Shown in pieces: positions 10,663 to 23,656 of a stretch of DNA of 64,000 bases. A program made the position numbers and the translations under genes. Within the stretch, counting starts at the first letter, position 1, and every line of letters begins with the position of its first letter. The DNA is from Ophelia neglecta (taxonomy: Eukaryota). The stretch spans positions 101,060,001-101,124,000 of the forward strand of contig OZ260662.1 of assembly GCA_965285935.1 (NCBI GenBank), read 5' to 3'. The notes under the pieces are model-generated. The model was not told where the DNA came from. It worked only from the letters and a program-made list of their open reading frames with translations, and did no database searches.

Positions 10663-11625
10663 GGGCTGGTTTCTAGAATAAGTATTAAGTTTTGGATTAG
10701 ATTAGCCTATTTCCGATTCGCAGAGACTGAGTTTATCTGTTTTTCAATTGACCAGGATTAAGTTAAAACCGAAATGGCTAGGTTTCACACCAAATCCAAA
10801 AAACCCAACTAGGCCAACGCTGTCGGGGGGCCGACAGCAAGGGGTATATCCGCGAATGCGTTCAATAATCGAATGGGGAACATGGCATAAGGCGAGGTAG
10901 TGAATATCGTGGTTTTTAGTTGGCACAAAAGATAACAACCTCAACTAATAAAGTTAAACTAGTTAACTTATTACACAGTACTAGTCAACTTATTACACAG
11001 GTTGTAGTAGGTTCTATATAACCTCAATAATAAGGCAGGTCATTAATAAAGTTGGTTCCATATGACCTCAAGAATAATGCAAAACCACCTTAACTAATTT
11101 TTTTTCAGGTATTTAATAAAGTTAACTAGTTAACTTATTACACAGCTTGTATATAGTTATTACATGAATCATGACACAAAACTTCAAGCCAATATCAACT
11201 ATACTTTGGAATATTTGATAGAAAATGTGTTTTTGACATAATTAATTAATTATTTTAACTAATTAATAATTATCAGAAATTCACCAGAATAAATACAGGT
11301 GTTCCTCTCCATAAGGTCTATGGCTGTGTCAAATTAGAAAAAGATGTATCAAATATTTTTTGTGTTATTGCCGAAAATGCGTTTCTGACGTAATTAATTT
11401 CTTGTTTTAACTAATTAATAATTATTGGATTTTCACCAGAATCTAATCAGTTCCTCCTCTTCATAAGGTCTATGGCTGTGTTGAATTTGAAAAAGATGTA
11501 CAAAATAGTTTTTGAGTTATCGCGTTAACGACTAAAATCTGCGGCGACGGCGGGGGTGCTACTGAAAACATAATATCCGCATTTCGCGGCTATAATTAGC
11601 ATGTTAAGATCCGTTAAGAAATTAA
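10663..11625. mobile_element. Harbinger/PIF-like MITE interrupted by a Helentron-type element
   Basis: Starts ctg|GGGCTGGTTTCTAGAA. Joining 10738-10808 to 11596-11620 matches the reverse complement of the copy at ~55051-55287. Confidence 0.7.
10808..11595 (-). mobile_element. Non-autonomous Helentron/Helitron2-type element (HINE/DINE-1-like)
   Basis: AACTAG terminus; GCTGTCGG-GGGG-CCGACAGC hairpin (10819-10838); subterminal inverted repeats TATATCCGCGAATGCG (10845) and CGCATTTCGCGGCTATA (11578); internal ~150-bp tandem core repeats (11239/11391). Confidence 0.75.
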
Positions 11626-11994
11626 ATGAATATTATGTTATTATGATTCCAATCTTCCACCATGTGGCATAAGTTGAAACATATGTAATCTAGAGCAAGT
11701 CTGGCAATTTCAGGTTATTGGAATAAAAGTTCCTTTCAAAAGACATCAATGTTATGCCAGCATAACATATTTCCTATGATATAGCTTGGTTTGGCTGCCA
11801 GGTATCCAATCCAGTTTTTCCATACTAGTCTAGGCTTTTAATAATTTATTGATGATCACTAGCTACTTTGTCTGTAGTGTATCCGTTCCAATTTCTAAAC
11901 TTTTCCTACAAGCCATTTACTAGTTCACAATGCTGAAATGGCTTGTCAGGCCCTTACCTTCTACCAGACCTGTTGAGGGCTATGGCCAAAGAGA

Positions 11995-12160
11995 GGAAAC
12001 CAGTCTTATCAGGTCCGTCAAGGAACTGGAAACAACTGACCTTATTATGTAGATGACCTTAATAGGAAGGTCAGTTAACACAGGCATAAATGGGGATTGG
12101 GCTATTATTAGTAGGCAGGACACTATATTACACAGGTGACCACAAACACAGGTTTTACTG
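11995..12160. mobile_element. Degenerate CAGT-ended MITE (family ending CACAGGTGACCACAAACACAGGTTTTACTG)
   Basis: Homologous to 28075-28251 and 54210-54363; followed by TA. Confidence 0.7.
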
Positions 12161-12669
12161 TACTAAAATAAAGTCAACTAGCCAATGCAAGGTCATGTTT
12201 TCTAGAGAGCAAAATACTTCAAAATACTTCATCCATATGATCATGATGGTTTAAAAGGCACTCAATCTTAAGTTTACTTAAAATATAGAATGCATTCTCA
12301 TTTGAATAATCATAACTTAAATAGCGTTAATAGTATAGTCTTGAAGTATTCAGTGAGTGTCCTGCCCGAAGTTCGTAATAGAAGGACAGAATGTTGTAGT
12401 TCTTATGCAGTCATTTATAAATTCGGCCATGCTGCAACACTATGCCTTATCTTGTGTCTGGCCAAATAGGAATCTGGCATATGCACCAAATATCCTTAAA
12501 GCGGCTGACCAAACCAATGTATACTACTTAAAATTTGCTTTTTTTGATACTTGTGTATACTATTTTTGTGGCAAAAACTACAACAATGATCCCCTTGTGT
12601 GTTTTGGCTTTTTTAACAATATTGAATATGTTAATTATCTATATATCTATATATCAATATATCTATATA

Positions 12670-12847
12670 CAGTGAAACCTGGAAATTAGGGACAGGCAAG
12701 GGACTGTGGTAAAGTGCCCTGTTTTCTAAGGTGCCCCTAATTTCAAGGTTATTTTACATATAAAACGATATGTTGGGTCCTAATGTAGCTGTCCCTAATT
12801 ATCAGGTGCCCCTTATTTCCAGGTGCCCTTTAGACCAGGTTTCACTG
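12670..12847. mobile_element. 178-bp Tc1/mariner/pogo-superfamily MITE
   Basis: Perfect 13-bp TIRs CAGTGAAACCTGG / CCAGGTTTCACTG, with TA on both sides. Confidence 0.9.
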
Positions 12848-13939
12848 TATCTATATATTTATAAATTTATAGATATATGGATATAACATATTCAATATAA
12901 CATATTCAATATTGTTTACCTCAGTGTGACATGTTTAATCAAAGTTATATCTGAAATGTGTCAAACAAAACTTCCAGTGGAATGCTGCAGTGTAGTAAGC
13001 TGACTCAGTAAAAATGCAATGCCAGTACTTTTTTCACAATATTCTCCCGTTTTGATGTTTGCCTCAGCTAGCAGAAATTGGTTGTCTGATCCCAAAGCAG
13101 CAAAAGACGATCCTTATTGTTCATGCAACAGGCCCATAACTATAACAGTTTATCACTGGCCTGGGGGTCCTTCACTGCGGTAATCGTGACACACAGTTTT
13201 CTTAAACCTATAAAGCGTGGGTTATTATTTGTCTGGGGAAGCCGTGGTTCGTCCCAAAGCAAAAATAACTACAATGATCTCCTTGTGCGTTTGGTCTTTT
13301 GTTGCTCTGATGAGGCAATAAAGCAACCACATATAATCTAGTTTCAGGGATACCCCGACTAAATGTTACATGTACAATGTTAGTTGGCCATAATGTACAG
13401 CTGAAGCCATCAGAATGTGATCTGTGTATGTATACGTCATACGTGTACAATCTACAGGCCGGAGAGGCAGAAAGGGCACCTCATAAGGCAGTAACCCACA
13501 TGCTGGCTATGACATTCTAGGCTTTTAAAATAGCAAGTTCACTCTGACAGCTCTGAAATGTATTGTTTATTTATATGGATCAAAACATATTTAGAGGCAA
13601 TCATAAACATATTAAACATTTTTAAATGTGGTTATCAGTAAGACCCCAGCAGGAACTAAGCCTGTTCTCATGTACTCTAATGGTATAAATAACTATAAGC
13701 TACAATCGGACTACTAATACCAGACTACAAAATTATTGTAGTCTGGTGGTTTGGACTACAGATGAGAGTTTCTCAGTCCAGACCATGTATATTGTAACGA
13801 TATAACTCTCATCTGTAGTCCAAACACCCCAGGGGGGGGGGGGGGACTGTGTACAGCATAAAATCAGACTTCTAATACCAGACTACAATATACATGGTCT
13901 GGACTGAGAAACTCTCATCTGTAGTCCAAACACCCCAGA

Positions 13940-14245
13940 GGGGGGGGGGACCTTGCCCTGATAATGGGTACATATTTGCCTTGTCAACATTGAGGCCCAG
14001 ATTTAATGGGTCAAAATTCTACAATATAACTAATGATGGGGTCAAAATTCTACATTAAGACTTATTATTGGAGTCAAAAAAGTACATATTTGCATAAGGC
14101 AGGGTCAAATCTCTACATCATGTATTATTCCTGAAAAGTGCCAAAACTCTACTGCATATGGCACAAAGGGGGGGGGGGATGGTTGTCAATACCACTGCAC
14201 ATAGATGTATGTACTTCCCAAGGTATAGGATGTCCCCCCCCCCCC
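13940..14245. mobile_element. G/C-ended dispersed repeat (probable non-autonomous DNA transposon)
   Basis: Inverted homologue at 41587-41880 (CATTGAGGCCCA...GGGTCAAA; GGGG.ACCT.GCCCTG end). Confidence 0.55.
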
Positions 14246-14324
14246 TCCCCTCTACCCCTCCAAACAAGCTCAACCTCAATCCTCACCCACATAAATGTCA
14301 AATTATTTTAATACAAAAACACAA

Positions 14325-14646
14325 GGGGCCATATGCTAAAAGATTCTTGAGTTTAAGTCAATTTTCCCCTTGCCTTTTTATGACTTGAGTAAGTCTTTTT
14401 TAGAACTTAGGTTTAAGTCGGTTGTTAAAATGTCTTTGACTTGAACTTCTAGCAGCCATCTTAAGTCAGAGTTCAAGTCTAAGACACCTTTTGAGAATAA
14501 GAAGTCTTGAGAATAACCCAAGTCTAAGTCTAAAATCAGACTCGACTTGAGCCTTAGAATCTTTCAACAACCAATTTCAGTCTAAGTCATATAATTTGAG
14601 GTCCGAATTTCAAGTCCAAATTTTCAAATCCTTGAACGAGGGGCCC
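14325..14646. mobile_element. Probable degenerate GGGCC-ended (Harbinger-like) MITE with internal AAGTC repeats
   Basis: GGGGCC...GGGCCC ends with an imperfect TIR; TSD not clean; ends about 20 bp from the donor of exon 14669-14740. Confidence 0.4.
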
Positions 14647-14668
14647 TGGATTAGGCTGTATTACTTAC

Positions 14669-14740
14669 GCATGCACTCGCGGTCACTGGTCGCCCCACAC
14701 GGCCTGGCTTCATACATAGATCCTTTACATTTGGTGCATT
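14669..14740 (-). CDS. Internal coding exon (72 nt, phase 1-1), TNFR-Cys-like module: (E)CTKCKGSMYEARPCGATSDRECM
   Basis: cttcttgcag acceptor, gtaagt donor, and a C-x2-C-x4-Y-x4-C-x4-DRxC pattern typical of TNFR cysteine-rich modules. Confidence 0.9.
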
Positions 14741-15024
14741 CTGCAAGAAGGTAAACATTCAATTTTAAGCATTTTGTTGACAACATTGAGTAATGAAGCA
14801 GAGCCTCAATCAGAAGGTGATGTAGTTAATACAAATATCCATTACCGCAAACACTAATAATCTGCCATCCGCTTACAATTGTAGTTAAAAAAAATGTGTG
14901 GGTCTTATGTTGAATAATATTAGGAATGAAGCTCAACTGTGGTTTGATCAAATATCTAGTCATATGATAGACATTAGATGTAAACTTTGTCTTGAAGCAA
15001 CACAAACATGTTTGTGATGGCATA

Positions 15025-15199
15025 CAGTGGTCCCTGCAATGAAGGGACCCTTCGATGAAGGGACCCCCTCCAACCACAGGACATTTTTCAATGCCCATGT
15101 CCTATCTTTCTTATGTCAATTTCCCTCTGATCGAGGGACACCTTTTTGTAGGGACACTTGCTTGGATGTAGAGGTGTCCCTACTCCACAGGGACCACTG
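15025..15199. mobile_element. 175-bp MITE, CAGTGGTCCCTG family
   Basis: 12-bp TIRs CAGTGGTCCCTG / CAGGGACCACTG with TA TSD. Confidence 0.9.
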
Positions 15200-16873
15200 T
15201 ACTTGACTGGATAATATTTTTTCTGATTCTATCTTGCATTCAATTTCCTTGGGTTCAAAGCTTTTCAGCAATTTGCTAACCATTCTGGCATGCAAACAAT
15301 GCCTCAAAATTCCTCATGAAATTGATGTGGCGTTTTATGGGTCACCTCTAAAAAGCCCATAACTTTCAGCAATTTCTGGAGATGATCATGCAGCCCTCAA
15401 GAGAATCAGAAGAGCATGAACTTCCATAAATTTTAAAAACCCATTGCACATCCTTCATAATGCAACATGGCATGAAAACCACAGCATTCAACAACACTAC
15501 TTTTTTAATGTGGGAGAAACACATGTTAGTTCAGGGATACCAGGTATCCCTAATGGCAGTGAAAGAAAACAATGAGGCTGCTAAATATTTGATGGCAGTT
15601 GTTATATGGGGCACTTGGAATTTATGGGTAGACTCCACTCGACCCCTACTCATGCCGGCGAGGACCTTGTCTGACCCAATGGGCAGGAATTTCATGCCTG
15701 GAAAATTACCACACATGGCTTATGCACTAAATCACTTCAAGCAAAGTCAAAGGCCCTTTTCTAGGTCACTAACTCAGAGTTGGTTATATTCTTTTAGGCT
15801 CCGAGCCCAAATCCTGGGCAGCATACATGTTGTTATTCTCACTTGGCATAAGCAAATGAGCAGCTTTAAAATGTAGGAGAAGAGGTTTAGTGAAAATAGC
15901 TCCTATACATTTACAGGTATTTAGAAATACAAATATGTTACCAAAGTGGAAATTTATAAACATAACATTGGAAAACAAGATTGTTTTAATTAAGCAGGAC
16001 TGCAATTAATTAAAGGACATGTCTGCACAGGAAGTGGTCATTAGAGTACATGCATACTGTACATATGTATGTACACATGGATTTAGAACATTAATTCCTA
16101 CAATGATCATATTGACTTTATCAAGTTGCTTCTACGTAATAAGGAAAAAGCTCCCTAAACAAACACCTCATGGAAACATCATAAACGATGTTCTTATAAA
16201 TCGCATTAACTTTGATTTGTATTTTTCACTGTTTGTACACATGTTTGGAGAGTTTTAATCAGACTATGAGATCCTCGTTGCAGTGAGCATCCCCTTAGAG
16301 AAAGTACTCTTATAAAGGAGACCATTTGGCAGCTTTGATTTAAGATGACTGATTTCAATCCACCACGGTTAAGTGAAAACCTCTGTTAAAATTATTGGCT
16401 ATAGTTAATAAATATAAATTTAAGGTTAATCTTTAACATATATACCAGACTTTATAATATTAATTAGCTTTACATAATTTCATAATGTCTTAGTTTCAGA
16501 TGTGGCAATGTGGGGCCAGATTTTATTAATAATTAATTATATTGGAAGCTGAATAAAAGGCATGCTTGCATACTGATGCAGTCCCCTTGTGACTGCAAGA
16601 GGAATAGCAGGCCTGGGGTTTTGTTCTCTTGTAGTATATGTGGTGTTAATTCATCAATTTTGATTTTGCCTGTGAGGTTTTTGGGCTCTAGGTCTAAGAA
16701 ATTAAAGATGGGTAATGAACAAGTTAAAATGATATCTTTATAACTTATTTATTACCCATTTTTCAAGCCTGATTTTATAATATAATGCATACAAGACTAG
16801 TCCTTTAACCCTTACTGTCTGCTCAAAGCCCAAACACTTCCTATTAATCAATGCAACAGTTCATTATATCCAG

Positions 16874-17110
16874 GGGCCGGTTTCTGGAAGTGGTCTTAAC
16901 TCTAAACTCGGATTAAAATCAGGATTAAACTGTTTAATTGGTCTTAACTCACTAATCGAGGTTTCTGGAAGCTGGATTAGGTCTTAAACCAAGCCATTTT
17001 GGTCTAAAACTTGATCCTGGTCAGTGGAAACACTGCTTAACATGGCCTCAGCTAATCGGTCTTAGGCTAATCTAATCCCAAAACTTAAGACCCCTTCCAG
17101 AAACCGGCCC
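16874..17110. mobile_element. 237-bp Harbinger/PIF-like MITE
   Basis: Perfect 17-bp TIRs GGGCCGGTTTCTGGAAG and a 3-bp CAG TSD on both sides (CWG TSDs are known for animal Harbingers). Confidence 0.85.
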
Positions 17111-17813
17111 CAGATGTTTAACAGTAATTCAAAGGATATGATTAGTGAAATCATATTTCTTTCATTCTTTTAACTGTTAAAGCCGTGGGTAAATAACAAA
17201 GTAGTCATTCTTTAGATAAATCCTCTGTGGTGAGAGCCTTTTCATTCGTAGCTAGTAGACGAATCATCATTTGTTATGATTTCAGGGATTGCTGCGTGTA
17301 CAGAATAGAAAAATAGCACCCCGTTATTGCCATTTAGTTTTTGTTGGTAGATGTATTTTCTGGCAGACTTTATCAATTTGTTTCCTGGGTACTACATGAC
17401 AAGCCTGACAGCATGAGTAATGTCCATGTGATTCTGTAACAGATGAAGATCAAGCCGACTGACTTGTTCACTTCATGAATATTAAAGTTCATGGAAGCTG
17501 TCTAAAGTTGGATCATTACTCTCCCCCAGCTAGTTATCTCTGATGGGTCATCATCCTGTGGGCCCAGCCTGCTATATGAGACAGGCTCTGGCTAGCATAG
17601 GGCCTGCAGACAGAGACAAATGACATGGCCTTCACTGAGCCTGTAGGTGTAGTGCAGGGCGCTTTGCCCTGATTTGATTGCCTTGGGTGTATGAAACCCG
17701 CTCTTGACCTAGTGGGAAATTAACATTGACCTTGACGGAAAGACAGCCTGCAGGAGTCGTTTGTCAGAATGCCCTATTTTCTTCTACAGCCCTTATGAGT
17801 GAATTTAAATATA

Positions 17814-17972
17814 CAGTGACACCTGACAATTAGAGACAGCCAAGGAACTCAGAAATCTGTCCTCTTTTCTTAGTTGTCCTTATTTCACAGGTTACTTTAC
17901 ATTAAAAGTATTACAACTGTACTAAAACAATGTCCTTAATAGGCAGTGTGTCCTTAATTGTCAGGTGTACTG
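17814..17972. mobile_element. CAGT-ended MITE
   Basis: TIRs CAGTGACACCTGACAATTA / TAATTGTCAGGTGTACTG (1 indel), TA flanks. Confidence 0.8.
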
Positions 17973-20394
17973 TAACTCTTAAGACTTGAATCTATGACCA
18001 AGGCCTTTCAGGGAAGTGGCCTTTCCTGCTGCACACTGCATATCGCTCGTGAAGATTAAAACAATGAATGGGTACATTTTCTTTCATACGTACAGCTTGA
18101 CATAATTTGCTGAGGCACATGAGACTGTAATACCCTCCCGGCCCTCTCATGAACATGTCAATGCAGGAAGTCATTTGGTGTAAATTCTCCACTTTAAACA
18201 GGGCCTTATGGTGGAGTGTGGCCATTGAGATATAACAGGGACCAGTCAACAAGCTGACATTTAATATGAATAACCCTGCACTCCTCTGCTATACCACAGC
18301 AATAAGAGTTTGACAGGTTACTAAGGTGAGAAGGATGCAGGCGTCACTTTCTCACACCTACATGACAGAGAGCACTGCAGCGGTCTTTATTACAGACATG
18401 TCCTTCGTCAAACTGTGCCACCCAACTCACACCATTAGCAAGTCGATGAATTGCTTTTTTTGTCCAGGATTATTTGCTTCCTCTGTGGGCAGGGTGGAGA
18501 GGTGCTTCTCAATGCGTCGAGGCCAAAAGTCGGCTTCAAGTGGGCAACTTGGTAAATGTGAACTGACACTTTCATTTGCGCCTTAGTATGGCTAGGCCTC
18601 ATATCATGCCACGGAGCACTGACACATGGTTTTCGACTCTAAATGTGACTCGCACACACGATGCCCATAATAATTTTCTGAGCTCGAATGGCAACCCCCT
18701 GTCCAGGTCTACCATATAATCAAACTCTGCTGGATACTTTAGTTTGTGCCATTCATTTGGCGATGGCATGCCACTGTTGGTTTCTGGCCAGTGAATTACT
18801 TCTGTCCCAATCTGACTCTGACAAATCACAAAATGGACCATTTCACGCCATGTTCTTATATTCATGTAGTTTCTGCTTATGGGGATGATATTCACCAACA
18901 TGGGGAAGAATACATGTTTGTGAAGTCACACACCAGTTAAGCCCCTTCTTGGGCCCCATAAAAGTAGACTGCCAAGCAGCAAAACAGCCAGACACTGGGG
19001 AACTCTTCTGAGCCACGATCATCTAATTGAGCAGTTTTTACATGGGAGTATAATGTTCTGGCTCTGGATCTACAATTTTCCGGTCCTTCATTCACACAGG
19101 TTGACAGCTAGACACATGCAGCCTGTCTTGTTAATTATGTAGTTTTTCCCTTTGCAGGAAGAACCCATTCATCTTTATGCATAAAACTCTACCCGAGCCC
19201 AGATGTTCTCGGCAAGATACAAGTGGGAAAGAACTTGAATAGATTGCAGATTCATGGCAGAGGACTGCAGTCCATCATGGCCAATTGCCTCTTGCCTTCA
19301 ACAATCTAGGTTTTTCATTTTCTGGATTTTCTTATTTTTTGTTTTTCAATTTTAACATCAAGTTTAGACTGACAGTAACTTCAACTAAATTTTCAAGCAA
19401 TGAGCCGATCTATGTAGCCTTGATCTCCAAGCCTAAATCTCCCTTCCCAAATTCTCTGCCATACAATACTTTATATTCAGCATTTCAATCAGCTCAAGGT
19501 TACTCGATCAAGTCAAAAAAGCTTAACATAGACTTTCTTCTTAGCTCAAGATTCTTCAATGGGGCCATTTGGAGGCAAGGACCTCTTTAATGACTAAAAC
19601 TCTAAATATTGACTTGATCAAATCTTCTTCCAATTGTATATATGATTCTTTGCCTGAGTTTTTTAATCAGTATAGGCCCCAGAATTTACAATCTTGAGCC
19701 AGATCTTTTGCTACTCTCTGTCTTCCATCTACAGGTTCTGCTAGCCAACCCATTCCATGCACATTTATCACTGTCTGGTCAATTGCTCCTCAATATTATA
19801 GTCCACATGGAAAATGCATCAATTTATACCCTAGATCTCTTCTGGAGACTCATTTGAGGCAAATGCTTCTCTCTTTTAGGCCAAGCGAATAGAAAATCTA
19901 CCATAGTTTGCATAATTCCTGCTTGGAAAGTCAAGCAGTGGTGTAAAAGTCAAGCTGGTGTCTGGCCAGGCAGGTGGGTCAGCATGCAGTCTATTACTCT
20001 CTGGGGTAATCATCAGCAGGGTACCAGAGTAATCTACTTGTCCTCTGACTCAGCCAGGGCTTATCCAGAGATGTCCGTTTGCCTATTTCAGTCAAAGATT
20101 ACTCTAGAGCCCGCACTTCTTCCTCCCCTCCACTCGATCTCAACTGCTTGGGGAAAAGGCCACTCCCGTTTTATGCGCCATCCAGGAAATTAAAATAGTA
20201 AAGCAAATCTCAGGCTATTACTCGGCAATATACCGCGCCAGATTATCCTCCCTGCTACAATGCTGCAGCTCCCACGAGGGGTTCACACATGACCTGCAGT
20301 CCTGTATTAATTTCCAATAGATTTGTTGCAGTGCTGTTTTTATTGGTAATAATCACAGTGCAGCACACTTAAGCCATTGTCATAAGTGTTATCA

Positions 20395-21350
20395 TAGCCA
20401 AACAGGACTCCACTATGTGTTATTCGTGTTATTGGGCCTTGTGGCCACTGTTACTATGACCTTCAGAACAGGGCTGCAGTACGTGTTATTGGGTCCTGTG
20501 ACCACTGCTTGTTATGACCTTCACAACAGGAATCCAGTACGTGTTATTCATGTTATTGGGCCTTGAGGCCACTGTTGCTATGACCTTTAGAACAGGGCTG
20601 CAGTACGTGTTATTGGGTCCTGTGACCACTGCTTGTTATGACCTTCAGAACAGGACTCCAGTACGTGTTATTGGGCCGTGTGACTGACCACTGGTTGTCA
20701 TGACCTTCAGAACAGGACTCCAGTATGTGTTATTGGTCTGTGTGACCACTGCTTGTCATGACCTTCAGAAGAGGACTCCAGTATGTGTTATTGGTCTGTG
20801 TGACCACTGCTTGTCATGACCTTCAGAACAGGGCTGCAGTATGTGTTATTGGTCTGTGTGACCACTGCTTGTCATGACCTTCAGAACAGGACTCCAGTAT
20901 GTGTTATTGGTCTGTGTGACCACTGCTTGTCATGACCTTCAGAACAGGACTCCAGTATGTGTTATTGGTCTGTGTGACTGACCACTGGTTATCATGACCT
21001 TCAGAACAGGACTCCAGTACGTGTTATTGGGCCGTGTGACCGACCACTGGTTATCATGACCTTCAGAACAGGACTCCAGTATGTGTTATTGGTCTGTGTG
21101 ACCACTGCTTGTCATGACCTTCAGAACAGGACTCCAGTATGTGTTATTGGTCTGTGTGACCACTGCTTGTCATGACCTTCAGAAGAGGACTCCAGTATGT
21201 GTTATTTGTCTGTGTGACCACTGCTTGTCATGACCTTCAGAACAGGACTCCAGTATGTGTTATTTGGCCGGGTGACCACTGGTTGTTATGACCTTCAGAA
21301 CAGGACTTCAGTACGTGTTATTGGGTCTTGTGACCACTAGTTTTAATGAA
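20395..21350. repeat. 58-bp minisatellite (62-bp variants), about 16 copies
   Basis: Unit GACCTTCAGAACAGGACTCCAGTATGTGTTATTGGTCTGTGTGACCACTGCTTGTCAT. Confidence 0.95.
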
Positions 21351-22747
21351 CTTGAACAGCCTCAGCCTTATTTAACATAACGTTAATATTTCTATCTGCC
21401 TCAGAATAAAGAGTGTACATTCTTTAGCTATCTGATAATATACTCACTTTTTGTTTGGTATTTTAAGTGCCGCTTTCTATTAAAGTATTGCCATATAGAT
21501 TTCCTCTTCTCTTTTGATCCCAACGTGGCTGTTTTGCCATGCTTCTAGCATGTACATCATGAAATTCCAAGGAGATTCTCTCAAGATAAATCAATACATT
21601 CCTTATTTTTTCCACTAAAGATTCCCCCATTTTACCTGCAAACTTGATTTGTTGGTATTAAGTAGTATAACTGTAGTTTATATGACCCCTGCCCACATAC
21701 AAACATTCCTCAATACACAGTGATTCCTAACCTGTGTTATGTCTAGCTATCCTGATTTTCTATAGGATCATTATGGAGATTGAGAAGCAGGTTCTGACGT
21801 TAAAACTGGTCCATTGTTATCGTTGTTTAGGATACAGTAAACAGTTTGTTGCCATTTTCATCCTTCTGCCCCGTTCTTCAGAACGCTGTTTTCATGCCTG
21901 ATTAGATCTGGCTAGATCATGTTTGCTGATTGGATGCTCTAGTTATGTAGATGGAGATGGTGTTTTGCTGTTAACACGGAACACTGTGAGTACTGCACTG
22001 ATGCTATGTGATATATGGCTCTAATCTGATAAGAAAAGAAATGCAGCTAGGAGAAAATTATCCATTAGGATTCTGCTCCGTCTACCTCACCTATTGTAAT
22101 TAAATTTAGCTTAGGTAATGTGCGTGTGTGTTTCACAAAGGGATTTGGTTTCTGCTGGCTGTAATTTACTTAACTCGTTATTGCATGCTGGCCCGCGAGT
22201 GATCAGTCTAGCTAAAACTGGGCTTGAGCCTACCACTAGATTCCTGGCCTTAGAGCCGCTCTACATAGCTTGTTAGCTACAACAAGGCACAAATTGACGA
22301 GCACTTTTCGAGTCAATGATGCGTTGTTTTCCAAGCAGCAGAAGACTCCTCTTCTTGCTGCGAGCTCAGGTCCAGACCTTATCAGTAAAGCCTGATACAC
22401 TTTACAAAATTCAAGAATCAATGGGGTGGAAGTCTCGGTTTGGAGGGAACAGGCATGACCTGAATGACAAAACAGGCAGAAGACACCATTACAACACCCA
22501 CATTTCTGTATTTGTAAATGTCTTTACATCTCTAAATATATTAAGATTCAATGAAAAGCATATACAAAGCACAGGTTGTCAGAAAAAGAAGTTAGAACCA
22601 TGTAAACATTTTCAATTTAAATTTTCTTAAGGGAAGCCATTTGATAGTGATCAATTCTGATCTTAAAATGTTCTTCTTGACCTATTATTAAACTATTTGA
22701 TTACTTATGATTTTTACACATTAAGTTATTATTTACTTTTTTTACTT

Positions 22748-22841
22748 TCCTATGTTAATGTCCTTCTGATGAAGGGACACCTTCTATGTAGGGCCACTTT
22801 TCCTTGGTTTAAGGGGTGGCTCTTCATCGCAGGGACCACTG
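22748..22841. mobile_element. Truncated MITE, CAGTGGTCCCTG family (one end only)
   Basis: Ends GCAGGGACCACTG|TA; body similar to 15025-15199. Confidence 0.75.
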
Positions 22842-23461
22842 TAGACCTTAATCACAGCAGCAATAATGTAAGAAGGGTTCCCCTTGAATAATCAGGACAG
22901 TGAAAACCACTATAAACAACAGATGTTCAATTTATACAGTATAAGACAGGAGAAATGGGATGGGTGCTAACAAGAGGGTTGGTGATTATACATAGAATAC
23001 AGCAGCACTCATGTCGAAATAAAACTAATTGTTCCTGTTATAAGTTCACAAAGAATGGGTTGCTAATGAGTGACATATTAAAATGAATACCCCTTGTGGT
23101 TATCTCAGGAGCCCTTGTCTGCTCTAACCTATCTCAGTCTCAGGCTGTCTGACAAGGACCTGGGGCCCAAACATAACAGACAGGAGATTATACATTGCAC
23201 TGGTGGTTTGACAGCAAGATCAGATTTATATACACCAATATATCATGTGGAGTGAAATGTCAAACACTAACTTCCGTCTCTAATGTGTGCATTTACAGGC
23301 TCCCAGGATCTACCAGTAAAGCAGTGATCTGGAGCTCAAGATTCTTTTCATATCTTAATGGGGCTGATCCAAGTTTTACTCCACCCAGTCCAAGGCAATG
23401 AACAAAACAGACCAAAACCATGCAGCTGACTTATAGGACCTTGTCATATATAATACATAAA

Positions 23462-23560
23462 CAGTGGTCCCTGCAATGGCCACCCCTATATCCTAGGAAA
23501 AGTGGCCCTACATTGCAGGTGGCCCTTCATCAAAGGGGCCCTACATCGCAGGGACCACTG
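23462..23560. mobile_element. 99-bp internally deleted MITE, CAGTGGTCCCTGC family
   Basis: Both TIRs present; body is a deletion derivative of 42473-42686. Confidence 0.85.
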
Positions 23561-23656
23561 TAAACCAACTGAACACACAGCTAAGCATTTATTCTGAAAT
23601 ATTAGACTTGCCGTAATTCCTCTAGTTATTCAAGGTACCATATAGATAACCTGACT

